From Octopus sinensis (Eukaryota): 64,000 bases of DNA. Below, one piece after another: positions 1-14,247 of the stretch (positions are counted from its first letter, which is position 1; each line of letters opens with the position of its first letter). Both the position numbers and the translations under genes were made by a program. The DNA is taken from contig NC_043020.1 in the NCBI RefSeq assembly GCF_006345805.1, positions 1,426,001 to 1,490,000 on the forward strand. The letters run 5' to 3'. The notes under the pieces were generated by a model, which made no database searches, was not told where the DNA came from, and saw nothing but the letters and a program-made list of their open reading frames with translations.

Positions 1-1238
1 TACATCAATGGAATCTAGCTACTCTGTGCTTCTGAAGGGCATAAAAATACAAATTGAGCAGTTTGTCAAACTCCTTTGCTTGTTGCCTGTTACTAAAGGT
101 TCGGTTCAAGCCCGTCATAGATATACGTTCCTATATAAGTGGTTAAGCTCATCTCGCCTTCCTCATTAGGCGATAACAAGCTGGAGTTAGCCAAAGCAAC
201 ATCAAAGTGGATGCTTAATTAATAAATATCGTCCAGAAAACTCATTCAGTTAAAAACAACGAAGTATTCGCCAGTGTATTTGATTACCTGTATTCTGCTT
301 TCTCAAAGTATTAATTTCAAAATTCTGACACTAGGCCAACAATTTTAGTGGTGGTTGTGGGTGGTAAGTCGATTGCATCGACCCTGAAGGGCAAAGTCGA
401 ACTGGGCGGAATTTGAATTCAGAACGTTAAAAGCCGAACGAAATACTGCTAAATATTTTATCCGATTCGCTGAAAATTCCGCCAGTTCGCCGCCGTAATC
501 ATTCTATTTTAGGGACAAGACCAGCAGTTTCAATGGATGGGTGGGTTTGTCGTTTACCTTAACGGCGGCGGAGTTTCGGATCATCGACCTCGGTGCTCGA
601 CTGATGCTTATTTAATCGACCGAGAAAGGATAAAAAGCCAAGTCGACCTCGGCGGAACGTAAAGAGCCGGAAGATATGCCATTAAGCAGAACAGCCAGCA
701 GCATGAAATGTCAGTTATTGACTCTGAATTTTCGAGTGTGATCTTTTTTTCACGACTCGCATTGCTTTAATGTCTTTGAAAAAGGCGTGAAAACTCACGA
801 ATTCATATCTTTTATCATTGACGAAGCCAAATGAGTTCGATTTTGTTTCGATTTTGCCAGCAGAAATTTGTAATTTCACATTTGAAACCTTTCACTGACA
901 ATTTCTTTTTTGACAAATATTGTGAAAAACTTAAGACAGACAAAGAAAGATAGTAGTTAAATATAAATATATTTCTTTATTACCCACAAGGGGCTAAACA
1001 TAGAGGGGACAGACAAGGGGATTAAATCGACTCCAGTGCGTTACCGGTACTTCATCGACCCCGAAAGGATGAAAGGCAAAGTCGACCTCGGCGGAATTTG
1101 AACTCAGAACGTAGCGGCAGACGAAATACCATTTAGCATTTCGCCCGACGTGCTAACGTAATTAAATATAAATAATTAATACTTTTGAATTTGTAAACTT
1201 AATTGGTTCCTTATTTTTCTAAGCACGGATACTAATTA

Positions 1239-1246
1239 TGCGCATG
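1239..1246. promoter_or_regulatory. NRF1-like motif (TGCGCATG) upstream of the candidate first exon
   Basis: Partial match to the GCGCATGCGC consensus about 360 nt upstream of the ATG at 1601; motif only. Confidence 0.25.
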
Positions 1247-1600
1247 TAGCTTCCCTCTCCCCAACCGGTTGATGCGGTCGCTCGACCTGCTAGACATAGA
1301 TGCCAAATAAAACCTTTGTCACTTTTTTAAAATAAAGGACGTGTAAAGCAGATGGATTTGAACCAGAATACCTTTGATCATAGGTCTATTCAGTTTAAAC
1401 TTAACTTGACTCAACAATAACCCCTGGCAAGAATATTTTTAACCAGTAGTAGCAAATGCTTTGTAAAATACACATTAGGTTAGTGGACCAAAGCTCTTTC
1501 TATTTTCTCCTTTCTCGTGGTTGTGTCGCCTTCAAAATTAAGTAACGGAATATCTCTCTACCATTGCTGCACCGAAAATCGCTGGTTATTCTCAGCGGCA

Positions 1601-1625
1601 ATGCTATCGCGGTCATTATCGCGAG
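1601..1625 (+). CDS. IDH2: Candidate first coding exon of IDH2 (MLSRSLSR + 1 nt)
   Basis: ATG in gcggcaATGc context after a pyrimidine-rich, CpG-containing stretch. Donor AG|GTGCGA at 1626. The phase-1 end matches the phase-1 start of exon 10692. The peptide is S/R/L-rich, like the start of a mitochondrial presequence, but unusually short. Confidence 0.55.
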
Positions 1626-4388
1626 GTGCGACTGAACACACCTTTTTGTTCTATCTGGTACTGCTTTGCCCTACTATTTTTTACTGTTTCTTTGTATTTG
1701 AATATTATAATTTAAAATGGGATCTGTTGTGTAATTGATTGCAGAAATAAAGCGGTTTTTTTTTTTTAATTAAAAAAAAATTTATTGAGGTGGTGTTGAA
1801 TTAAAATCCATCGCTAGCAGCCTTTTAGATGTGTTTGTAGTGTGGTAGTGGTGGAGTCTGTGCTGACTGTAGAAGGGGACTGTCGAATTAAGATGGTTTT
1901 AAATAACAGGATGAGATTAGGGGAAAAGTAGAAAAAATAAATTTGAAGAGCCTTTCAATTAATTGTAAGGCTAGGGAGAAAGGGGACGCATATATGTAGG
2001 GTTGCCCTAGGGGTTCTGAATACCCTGGCGCCAGCTCTTTTTGTACTTCGTGATATTTGAGCAAAAATGTGCTGAAGTCCAGTCTTTTCATCTTTAAATA
2101 TACTCCTCTGTTGGTTTACAGGAAACATGCTGACGTTCGTTAGACTGCATTTTAAAAGCGATATCCTGAAACCTGCTGTGGTTTCCTTTTATTACACGCC
2201 TTAAAATAAAAAATAACCACATGAAACCTTACACCGAATATTATTTAAACAGTTTAGCCGTCAATCAACCCTTTTATTCATACAATAAGACATTTTTCCC
2301 TTTCTTTTTGGTGGTGACATGACTGACCTCTTCCGCATTTTAAGTCCGTTTTATTTTCTTTAGACTTTTTAGACTATGTGCCGGCTTTAATTTGTGCGTG
2401 AGAGTTGGGTCAATGAAATTGTTCTAACAGTTGTTTAATAGGCCTATTAACAAAGGTAAACCAGTCGGCCTTCTATCTTTTCGTGATGTGCTTCCTATAT
2501 ATTTTCAATACGGTTAGGCGTGATTTAAACCGTTCGATGCCAAAACGCCTGAGACCACCCCTGGTTGTATAATCAACTTCCAATTTTAAATTGAATTACA
2601 TTAAAACTTTCCACTAAAATTTCATGTCAGTTAGGTTCCAAACATCTTAAAATCGAATCCTTTTACTGAATTCATTACCTTCAAAACTGATTGGAGCAAA
2701 GGCAGTGTACCTTTACATATATAGTAACAAAAGGATCAAAGATTTGGCTGTTGTTTCTAGCAGTTGGAGAGATCAACTAGATTCGCAGGTTCTAACACGA
2801 TATATTGTGTTGGGCCTTCGTATATTTGTTTTATGAAGACAGAAAAATGAACCTTATATCGCCTTCCTAGGCAACGAAGAAGTGTCTGACGGTCGCTCAG
2901 CACGCTAGAGTTAGCAGCCAAATCTCTCCTAAACTACAATCATAAAAAGGGGCATATTGCACAATGCCTACCGTTCCAGATACATGAAGGTTTTTTCTTA
3001 TAGGACTGAAATAGTAACAGCTGGAATACTTTTAAGCATATATCAGCTCTATCAGAGCTAGTTTTGGCCCAAGTTCGTTTTTTTTTTTTTTTTTTTTTTA
3101 AGAATTAGGGTAGCTATTACCGCTCGGCCCCTTATAAAGTTAGGCAAGCTGATACAAGCAATGAGTGCATCTGTGCTTAAAACTGTTACATAAGCCACAT
3201 ACATCTCTCTTTCTCCCCTCCCCCACCACGCACATGTTTGTGTGGATGTGTGTATACATTATTTTCGAAAGAATTTTTTATTTTTAATCTTGTCATTGAA
3301 GACTTCTAATTAAAAAAATTAAAACAAAATACCGGTTACTATCTAATTACCGATACATTTAAGCTAAAAGTTCTGGGCCGGATACCTCCTAGCTACGTGT
3401 CGGGTACGTTCGGAGTGAGTGGTGTAATGTTCGCCGATGTACACGTGTAGTTAAAGCTGACTGCTTCAATAATTGTATATATGGATGTAGCTGGTCCTAC
3501 CATTCTTCACGTTTGTTCAAGCGACAGTTTTCAAAGATCGTTGGTTTACTCCGAGTAACTGCGGTTGTTGGATAGTATTAATCGCATAATACCCTCGATG
3601 TATTCAATACTTTTTTTTTCTCCCTTTTATTGGGGGGCAGTGTGCTATATATATATATATATAGATAAAAGTTCCGCATTGGATACCTCTGGTTCTGTGT
3701 GTCCCCGGTCATAGTGACCAATATTTTCGCATCCATAAATCGCTTGGTCTCTCTTTGCATTTATATTTAACTTGTACATTACTGCTCTTTTTAGGGGTGT
3801 GCTTATTTTTCGGATACATGGTCCACTGACTATATATATACACACATAACCACACACATAGTTGTGTGGTAAGATGCTTGCTTCCCAACCACATGGTTCC
3901 GGGTTCGTTCCCACTGCGTGGCACCTTGGGCAAGTGTCTTCCATAGCTTTGTGAGTGGATTATGGTTGGCGGATAATGAAAGCCCGTCGTGTGTGTGTAT
4001 ATATATAATACACACGACGGGCTTTTTTCATTTGTGTGTATTATATGTCTGTCCACCACCATCGCTTGATAACCGATGTTGGTGTGTTTACGTCCCCGTA
4101 ATCTAGCGGTTCGGCAAAAGAGACCAATAGAATAAGTACTAGGCTTACGAAGAATAAGTCCTGGGATCGATTTGTTCCACTAAAGGCGGTGCTCCGGCAT
4201 TGAAATATGATATGATATGATATATATAATACAAATAAGAAAATGGAGAAGCAAATTTGGTTTGTTCATCAACTTACGGATATTCTGATGCTGGATTATT
4301 TATTTTACAAGTGAGAACATCAAAAGCATACAAAAATATTATATAAAACGATCCCATAGTGGGTTTCACCCCATGACCCCTATCTTAC

Positions 4389-4443
<55 letters not shown>

Positions 4444-5268
4444 CATAATTAAATGTGCAGGTGAGACTGTTCTCAGTATCGAATTCCTTTCTGCATTGCT
4501 ATAAGCCAGGTTCTTTTTTTACATATTCCTTTCAACATGTAAACTGAGTCTGTGGTACTTGTGTGATGTTGATTAAAAACTCTTCTCCCCCCCCCCCCAC
4601 TTTTCGTCTGTTTCTGTCTTGATTTTTTTTTTCTTTTAACCTTCTCACCTGCCTATTTTCATTGTATGTTTAACCAAATGAATTAATCCTTCCGTTAGCA
4701 GTGAGGTCATCAAGACTGCTTGATAGCTCGAAATAGCAGCCTAGTCTTCCTCAACTCCCTTTAGTACGAAGACTAAAACTCCTATGTGATCTTAATACAC
4801 CGTATCTGGGGGGAAAGAAAAAAAACAAAAAAAAATCTGGATGGTCAGGGTTTAACTACCATCGGAGCTGACCGAGGGCTATTCAACGGAAACCTGTCGG
4901 CTGTGACATCTCGTTTGTGCTAGCTTGTGGTGGATGGGAATAGACTTACTCTTACAACAGTTACTCTCTTCTACTTCATCCATCGTATTCCCTCTTGCTT
5001 CTCGCTTCCATCGCGCGTGTGTGTGTGTGTGTGTGTACACACACACACACACACACACGCGGGGGGGGGGGAGAAACGTTAGCACGCCGGGTGAAATGCG
5101 TAGCCATATTTCGTCTTCCGTTACGTTCCAAGTTCAAATTCTGTCGACTTCGCCTTTCATCCTTTCGGGGTCGATAAATTAAGTACCAGTTACGCACTGG
5201 GGTCGGCTTAATCCCTTTGTCTGTCCTTGTTTGTCCCCTCTTTGTTTAGCCCCTTGTGGGTAGTAAAA

Positions 5269-5302
<34 letters not shown>

Positions 5303-7334
5303 TATGAGGCACACACACCTTTATTAAGCTCATCTTCTTACTACTAATCATTGCTTCCAATAACCTTCCGTGAGAAGGGCATTTATAAATATTTCATCTT
5401 GCTTTATTCTATTTTTATCTTTCCTCCTCTCAAGATTTTCTTCCACATAGCTGAGCTAATATGAATTCCTGTCTACAGATATCTACACAGGCTTACAGTA
5501 TATTACCTGAAGTTTTTTGTCTAAGCCAGGTGTGTGTGTATGTGTGTAAACAAACAGTTGTGCAAAGTTGCATTTCTTTTTTATTTCTTCCCAGCTGTTG
5601 TCTTTTGGTTTTGATTTTCTCAGTTAAAATCTGTGGACAACTCTTACTATCAAATGGATGGGTGGACCCATGGCCCCTTTTTTTTCCAGAGCCCCGGAAA
5701 GAAGTGATCCTCAAACGAGAATCCCAACTCGGAATGCTTTTTACGTCAGTGAACTCTCTTCAATACACTCAAAGACTGGGCAATGGATTAAGTCTACTAC
5801 TTCACAACCACATGGTTCTGGGTTCAGTCCCACTGTCTGGCACCTTGGACAAGTGTCACCGACCAAGGCATTGTCAATATAGTGGGTAGACGGAAACCGA
5901 AAGAAGCCCGTCCCCCACCAACTGGTGTTGGTGTCTTAACATCCTCATAACTTAGCAGTTTGGCAAAAGAGATCAATTGAATAAATACCAGGCTTAGTAT
6001 TGATCAATTCATTTGACTAAAATTCCTCTAGGTGGTGCCCCAGCATGGCCACAGTCTAATGAGTGACACAAGAGATCAGGTATAATTACTGCAAGGTATC
6101 TTGTTTCAAGCTCTACTAATTTTTATTTCTTTATTGCCCACAAGGGGCTACACACAGAGGGGACAAACAAGGACAGACAAACGGATTAAGTCCATTACAT
6201 TGACCCCAGTGCATAACTGGTACTTAATTTATTGACCTCGAAAGGATGAAAGGCAAAGTCGACCTCGGCGGAATTTGAACTCGGAACATAACGGCAGTCA
6301 AAACATTGCTAAGCATTTCGCCCGGCATGCTAACGTTTCTGTCAGCTCGCCAACTTAATTCTGCCAACCTGCTGTTCTTGCTCTGGTACTTTATGTAATG
6401 ACCTTGAAAGGGTGAATGCTAAGGTTGTCCTGGGGAATTGAGCACAGATCTGTTGAACAAACATCACAATTCTTTTTGTTTTGTGCTTTTATGTTTCCCA
6501 TTTGACCTGTAAAGGAATATTTCATACACACTGGTATTTATGTGCATGTTTGTGCACTTGCATACGTATTTATATACACACACACGTACATCTACCGTGA
6601 GTTGATAAGAACAGATATCAGAAACTAAAGTGGAGGACAGTTATGCAAATGTTTACTTAAAAAAAACAGGTACTCCTGACCACATGGTTCTGGGTTCAGT
6701 CCCACCCACTGCATGGCACCTTGGGCAAGTGTCTTTTATAACCTCCGGGCCTTGAATGGAAACTGAAAGAAGCCTGTCATGTGTGTGTGTGTACATGTTA
6801 TATACGTGGCACTCTGTCGGTTACGACGCCGAGGGTTCCAGTTGATCCGATCAACGGAACAACCTGCTCGTGAAATTAGTGTGCAAGTGGCCGAGTACTC
6901 CACACACGCGTACCCTTAACATAGTTCTCAAGGCATTCCATTGGTTATGATGATGAGGGTTCCAGTTGATCCGATCAATGGTACAGCCTGCTCGTGAAAT
7001 TAGTGTGCAAGTGGCTGAGTACTCCACAGTTACGTGTACCCTTAATGTAGTTCTTGGGGGAGATTCACTGGCTGGCTGGCTGTTTTTTTTGTAATAAGGT
7101 CGTCAAGTACTTCTCGAGACGAATTGATTGAGGGAAGTACCTTACACCTGTTGATTAGAGGCAAGAGTATGACAGGTAGGAACAGGTGTTTTGCTGCAGA
7201 GGTACCATGTCCTGTCCAGCTGGAAAAGGGGAGAAGATGGTGAAAGCAGTAAATTTTTATTGGTTATTATGATTCAGCTCAAGGGTATAACAACCTGATG
7301 GCTTCTGAATGTTTATGTTTGTTTTATATCTATA

Positions 7335-7704
7335 CTAGCAGTATCGCCCGGCGTTGCTCGGGTTTGTAAGGGAAATAACTATATAAGCATTTTTAGAGAG
7401 TTATAGCCAAAAAATATGCATTAAAAATGGAAAAAAAACTATGGTAAATTTTTAAAATCGTAGACATTTTTAGAGAGTTACTTCCCTTATATAATAGCGA
7501 AAAAAATGCATTAAAAGTGGAAAAAAATGATGGCAGTTTTTTTTTTAAATCGTAGACTCATTGTAGACACGCGCTAATACCCAGAAGGGCTCGATATGAA
7601 TCACGACTATAAGATACCCGCTTTTGGTTACACTGCACTGCAAAATGTGGGAGTAAGGAATCTAAATCGTAGGAGACACACAACTTCAATTTTATGTATA
7701 AAGA
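7335..7704 (-). mobile_element. Non-autonomous Helitron
   Basis: Minus strand reads A|TC...cccgagcaacgccggg hairpin...CTAG|T; internal short repeats. Confidence 0.8.
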
Positions 7705-8044
7705 TTTCTCTGCTAGCAAGAGTGGGTGAGGGCTTGAGGGAAGAATTTACCATTAGATGCACTTTTTGCAGGGCTGGCTGTGTGGTAAGAGGTTGGCTTG
7801 CCACCCATATGGGAAAGGGTTCAGTCCCACTGTATGGCATCTTGGGCTAATGTCTTCTATAGCCTCTGGTTGATCAAAGCCTTAGTCGATTTGGTAGATG
7901 GAAACTGAAAGAAGCCTGTCTTGTGTATCTGTGTTTATAGCCCTGTAACTTAGCAGTTCAGCAAAAGATACCAACTGAATAAGTACCGGGCATTATTTAT
8001 TGGTGTTTGTTATATTTATGATATTGATATTCATGTTAATAAAG

Positions 8045-8430
8045 GCAAGCTGGCAGAATCGTTAGCATGCTGGGCGAAATGCCTAGCAGTATTTTGTCTG
8101 CCGTTATGTTCTGAGTTCAAATTCCTCCAAAGTCGACTTTCCCTTTCATCCTTTCGGGGTCGATAAATTAAGTACCAGTTACACACTGGGGTCGATATAA
8201 TCGACTTAATCTGTTTGTCCTCTTTGTGTGTAGCCCCTTGTGGGTAGTAATGAAATAGGTGTTTCGTCTGTCGCTACGTTCTGAGTTCAAATTACGCCAA
8301 GGTCGACTTTGCCTTTCATCCTTTCAGGGTTGATAAATTAAGTACCAGTTACGCACTGGGGTCGATGTAATCGACTTAATCCCTTTGTCCCCTCTGTTTA
8401 ACCCCTTGTGGGTAATAAAGAAATAGGTAT
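8045..8430 (+). mobile_element. tRNA-derived SINE family A, dimer
   Basis: A box tggcagaatcgttag, B box gagttcaaattcc; the second unit starts at 8259 after gaaatag. Confidence 0.9.
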
Positions 8431-10691
8431 TGGTATTCGTGTTAAAAGATTTTGATCAATGTTTTAATTTAGCTATGAAGAAATATTACAAACTTCACAG
8501 TTTCTATGGTGTGTGGGTGTGTGGGGGCTATGGGTGTGTGTAGGGGGTGTTGAAGTAGGGATAAGTAAGTAGACAGACCTATCTAAGCACTGAGAAACTT
8601 GCTAGTCACTTCACTGATAAAATTTATCTCTTTAGTATTTGACTTTGCATATTATGAGCCCACTTGAGCTTGTCTTGTGCCTAGTTTAAGTACACGGTGG
8701 TGGTGATGATGGGGGTATTTAAGGGTGTGAGATTGAAGGATTTCCTCAGGTTAGTTGACCCTGAAGCGGATATTATTGCAGGAGTGTTAAGCACTACTAC
8801 TACTACTGTATAGAGAAATGCACTGCTTGAACTTAAGGCACCATGACCCAGGTCAATCTAGAGCTGAAACTTCCATACTCCCACCCCCTTTTTTTTTTCT
8901 CTATTTAATCTATTTTCATAAACTGTTTCAATAGATATTTCGGGGAAATACTGTTAGTGTATAATAACTTACTTTTTTACTTGTTTCAGTCATTTGACTG
9001 CGGCCATACTGGAGCACCGCTTTTCAGTCGAGCAAATCGACCCCAGGACTTATTTCTTGTTAGCCTAGTACTTACTCTATCGGTCTCTTTTTGCCGAACT
9101 GCTAAGTTACGGGGATGTAAACACACCAGTATCGGTTGTCAAGCGATGTTGGGAGGCGGGGGGACAAACACACACACATACATATATAAGATGGGCTTCT
9201 TTCAGTTTCTGTCTACCAAATCCACTCACAAGGCTTTGGTCCGCCCAAGGCTACAGTAGAGGACACTTATTGAATTTCTCTTACTTTGTAATATCTAAAT
9301 AGTCGATATTCGGAAAAATAATTCTTTTGTAGTTTATTGAAGCTAAGAGAATGTCTAAGATTATAAATGTGGGGTGGGGTGGATTTTGTGTGTAGTGGTG
9401 TTGTGCATATGGCACCCCTGGTACCTGGGGCAAGTATCTTCTATCATATCAGGTGGGTTTGACCAGTGGAAACTGAAAGAAGCTTGTGTGTGTGTGTATA
9501 CCATTGTAAAGGCTAAGTGGTTAGTGTCAGGCTTGTAATCAGACAGGGGGTTCAATTCCTGGTTCAGGCTGCGTTGTGTTCTTGGGCAAGGCACTTTATT
9601 TCATGTTGCTCCAGTTCATTCATCCGTAGAAATGAGTTGCAATATCTATTTCTTTACACCCCACAAGGGGCTAAACACAGAGGGGACAGACAAACGGATT
9701 AAGTGGAATATATCGACCCCAGTGCGTAACTGGTACTTATTTAATCGACCCTGAAAGGATGAAAGGCAAAGTCGACCTCGGCGGAATTTGAACTCAGAAC
9801 GTAACGGCAGACGAAATACAGCTACGCATTCTGCCCAGTGTGCTAACGTTTCTGCCAGCTCGCCACAGTGGTGCCAAGTTGTATCGGACTTTACCTTTCT
9901 CTTAGATAACATCAGTGGCATGGTATGCATGGGCGGCTGCTGGTCTTCCATAAACCACCTTGCCTGGGCTTGTACCTCAGAGGGGAACTTTTTAGGTGCA
10001 ATCCCATGACAATCTCTGACCAAAGTGGGACTTTACCCCTGTCTAGGCTTCACACGATGGTTGTAAATGGCCATCTGTCATACCAGCAGTCGTTCATGCT
10101 CAGTATTGTGTGAAATTATGGGTGGCAACAGGAAGGGCAGTTGACCAGTTAAAATCTGCCTCAGTAAAACTCTATTTACCCCATACAAGCATGTAAAAGT
10201 GGATGTTAAAAATAATATATAGGCATGGCTGTGTGGTAAGGAGCTTGCTTCCCAACCACATGGTTCCAGGTTCAGTCCCACTGCATTGCATCTTGGGCAA
10301 GTGTCTTCTATAGCCCCGAGCCAACCAAAGCCATGAGTGGATTTGGTAAGCGGAAACTGAAAAGAAGCCCATTGTGTGCATGTTTTTGACTGCCACTATC
10401 ATCAAGGCTTGACAACTGGTGTCGGTGTGTTCTCATCACTGTGACTTAGCAGTTGGGCAAGAGAGGCTGATAGAATAAGTACTAGGCTTAAGTTCTGGGG
10501 TCGATTTTGTTTGACTGAAGTCCTTCGTGTGGTGGTGCTCCAGCATGGCCACAGTCAAAAGAATGTCCTTGGGTGGCTTTTTACAATTCTCTCTCATTCT
10601 CTTCTTTTTTTTTTTTTTATATTTTGTTACGCCAGACTTCTCCATGTTTGTCTTTTTTTAATTTTTCTTTGTTTCTTTCGTTTTACTTCAG

Positions 10692-10783
10692 ATGCAAAGA
10701 AAAGAATTGAAGTGGCTAACCCCGTGGTGGAGTTGGACGGTGATGAAATGACCAGAATCATTTGGGACAAGATAAAGGAGAGA
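10692..10783 (+). CDS. IDH2: IDH2 exon (92 nt): (x)[30 protein letters not shown]
   Basis: Polypyrimidine tract with CAG acceptor; GTAAGT donor; NADP-IDH N-terminal motif [13 protein letters not shown]. Confidence 0.97.
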
Positions 10784-11082
10784 GTAAGTTGCTCTTTGAG
10801 AATGCATCTCACTCAGCTTGTGTTTTTTTACCAAATTAATTGTTTTCATCAGAAATTGTCATCGTCATTGTCGCTTTAACCCTTTGGTTAACCCAAAACT
10901 AACCACATCAGGCCCAAATATTCTACCCGTTTTCTGTTCAGACTGGACAGATCAGGTCTCTCGCACCGACCCTACAATGTCAAGCATGGCTGTGTAGTAA
11001 GAAGTTTGCTTCCCAACCACATGGTCTCAGGCTCAGTCCCATTGCATGGCACCTTGAGCAAGTGTCATCTATTATAAGCCTA

Positions 11083-11384
11083 GTGGAGGCACATGGCCTA
11101 GTGGTTAGAGCAGCGGACTCGCGGCCAAGGGATCGCTGGTTCGAATCTCAGACCGGGCAATGTGTGTGTGTTTATGAGCAAAGCACCTAAGCTCCACGCG
11201 GCTCCAGCAGAAGGTAATGGCGAAACTTCTGCTGACTCTTTCGCCACAACTTTCTCTCATTCTTTCCTCCCGCGTCTTGCAGCTCACCTGCGATGGACCA
11301 GCGCCCCGTCCAGGTGGGGAACCTATACGCCAAGGAAACCGGCCCTAATGAGCCAGGCATGGCTCGAGAAGAAACAAACAACAA
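11083..11384 (+). mobile_element. tRNA-derived SINE D1 (second copy at 24522-24826, minus)
   Basis: gtggaggcacatggcctagtggttagagcagcggactcgcgg head; ggttcgaatc B box; (CAA)-like tail. Confidence 0.88.
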
Positions 11385-12010
11385 ACTGTAAGCCTCTAGT
11401 TGACAAGAAGCCTTGTGAGTGGAAACTGAAAGAAGCCTAATATCTTTGTTGTCTCTGTCTTGACATTGCATGATAGTTGTAAACAAGCATCAATGGTCAT
11501 ACTAGATGTGCACATCGTTTCCAGTCTTTTGTGAAGATATGTCATGCAGTGGTGGGGGGGGGGGTTCGATATTACCATTACTTGGAAATGGGTGAGGGTT
11601 GACGCATCTGGAAAGGTATCTAGCCAAGAAAAATGTATCTCAACAAATTCCATCTCTATGACAACAGGCTTCTAACAGTTTCCATCTGCCAAATCTACTA
11701 ACAGTTTTCGTCATCATGAAGCTACAGCTGAAGGCACTTGCTCGAAATGCCATACAGTGGGATTGAACCTGTGACAACCTGGTTGGGAAATGAACTTCTT
11801 AACTACACAGGCATGCCTGCTATGATAATTTCTAGCATAACAGCATGAGGCTAGACATTAGCAGAAGCAGTTATCTTGACCTTGGAAGGGTGAAAGACAA
11901 AGTCAACTTCAACAGGTTTTGAACTCGCCAAGGTCAACTTTGCTTTTCATCTTTCTGGGAGTGGAATGGAGGGTGTCAATAAAATATAATACTTGATATT
12001 GGGATTAATA

Positions 12011-12428
12011 TATATTTCTTTACTACTCACAAGAGGCTAAACAGAGAGGGGACAAACAAGGAAAGACAAACGGATTAAGTTGATTAAATCAACCCCACTG
12101 CGTAACTGGTACTTAATTTATCGACCCCAAAAGGATGAAAGGCAAAGTCGACCTCGGTGGAAATTGAACTCAGAACCTAAAGACAGACGAAATACCTATT
12201 TCTTTATTGCCCACAAGGGGCTAAACATAGAGGGGACAAACAAGGAAAGACAAACGGATTAAGTCCATTACATCGACCCCAGTGCGTAACTGGTACTTAA
12301 TTTATCGACCCCGAAAGGATGAAAGGCAAAGTGAACCTCGGCAGAATTTGAACTCGGAACGTAATGCCAGACGAAATACGGCTACGCATTTCACCCGGTG
12401 TGCTAGCGTTTCTGCCAGCTCACCGCCT
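12011..12428 (-). mobile_element. SINE family A, dimer
   Basis: Same unit junction (gaaatag|gtatttcgtc on the minus strand) at 12195/12196. Confidence 0.9.
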
Positions 12429-13921
12429 TGGGATTAATATAATTAATTTTACCCACTCCCCAGTGGAATTGAACCTAGAGCCATCTAGTTGCAAAGCTAT
12501 ATTTTTAGCTACTATCTATGTGGCTATGCTTATACCTATGAACCCATTTAGAATCAGCTGCCACCTGTTCATTGACTTCTCTCTTATTACAATAAAACAC
12601 CTGGCTGATAATTTCCATTATACCCAGTGAGTGTGTGTGTGTATACACACAGGTATGACTGGTAAGAAGCTCGCTTCCCAACCACATGGTTCTGGGATCA
12701 GTCCCAATGCGTGGCACCTTGAGTGGGTGGGTGTTCTCTGCTATAGCCTCAAGCTGGCCAAATCCTTGTGAGTGGATTTGGTAGATGGGAATTAAAAGAA
12801 GCCTGTCATGTCTGTGTCTTTGTGTTTGTTCCCTGTCACCGCTTAGCATTTATTTCCCTGTAACTTAGCAGTTCAGCAAAAGAGACCAACAGAACTAGTC
12901 TTCAAAAAAAAAAAGTCCTGGGGTTGATACATAGGACTAAAAATTCTTTCAGGAAGTGCTCCAGCATGGCTGTGGTTTAATAGCTGAAACAAGTAAAATA
13001 TAAAAGCTACATTACACACTCACATTCTCACATGCATTTAATAGAAAAATTACACAAGACAAATCTTGTTTCCTTTGCTTTAGAATTCAGTAAATTCTGA
13101 TGTGAAGAAAAACAAGACAGGTCTTGTAAGAATCATTGTTTTCATAAATAAATGCGTCCGTTTCATGTAACGGAATACTTTGTGTTAGCTTGTGGTGGCC
13201 TTTTTAAAATTTTCTTTTTTCATACACAGGAATATGCAATTATATCATTATGCATACATCTACATTTAGCTACAACCACGTGCGTACACACGCATGCACT
13301 TGTACGCACTGACACACACCCACACACATGGTCTCACACATACACACACACACACACACACATTATTGATTGCATTATTCATGAATACTTGGGCTTTCAA
13401 AGAATAAAAGAAAGAATCTGTCGACAAAATCAATATTACTCACTACTCCAGTTTCTCCCAAGATGGCTCATTTATTTTAATCATTTTCAGTCAGTAGGCT
13501 GTGGCCATACTGGAGTATCACCTTGAATGTATCCAACCTTGGTGCTTTTCTTTCTTTTTTTTTTTTTTTTTTTTTTTAAAGATATAACCTATTTTAACTG
13601 GATGTGGTGGGCTATATCAAGGGCTGCAACAAATTCTGTATTGCACTTCAGTGATTCTGACAGCTGGCCAATTTATGTAATACTACTGATAATAATAAAT
13701 TATAGTTGTAGTAATAATGATATGGCAGTGAGCTGGTAGAATTGTTAGCATGTCAGGCAAAATGCTTAGTGGTCTGTTTCGTCGGTTGCTGCGTTCTGAG
13801 TTCAAATTCTATCAAGGTTGACTTTGCCCTTCATCCTTTCAAAGTTTGGTAAAATACCAGTTGAGTATTGGGGTCAATGTAATCGACGACCCTCCTCCAC
13901 TCAAATTTTCGGGCTTAAAGA

Positions 13922-14247
13922 TTATTACTTCTGCCTTAGTGAAGGTGGCGGTATTGTTTTTAGTAGAGTTTGTTTGCCCATGGACAAGAAATCTCAAGAA
14001 CCGTTGGATGGATTCAGATGAAACTTTCAGGGATGTTTGGCCTTGTGACTAGCATGAACTGATTAGATTTTGCGATTGATCTGGTACCGGACAAGGATTC
14101 TGGATTATTTTTCCTGTTTTTTACTTAATTTTTGAGAGCAGTTGGGTTCATTTCAGATATTGACATTTTAAAAATCCTCTCCAGCTAATTGTTGAGAGGA
14201 TGTTGGTGTTGCCTTGGCAGAGGTTTGCACTCTCTGAGTGGTCTTAT
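13922..14247 (+). mobile_element. Helentron-associated (HINE/DINE-like) non-autonomous element
   Basis: 5' ttattacttctgcc and 3' ccttggcagaggtttgcactctctgagtg with subterminal inverted repeats. Confidence 0.6.

Noticed and set aside
5451-5529. Possible exon MNSCLQISTQAYSILPEVFCLSQ as an IDH2 first exon
   Set aside because: It ends in phase 0 while exon 10692 needs phase 1, and it does not resemble a presequence.
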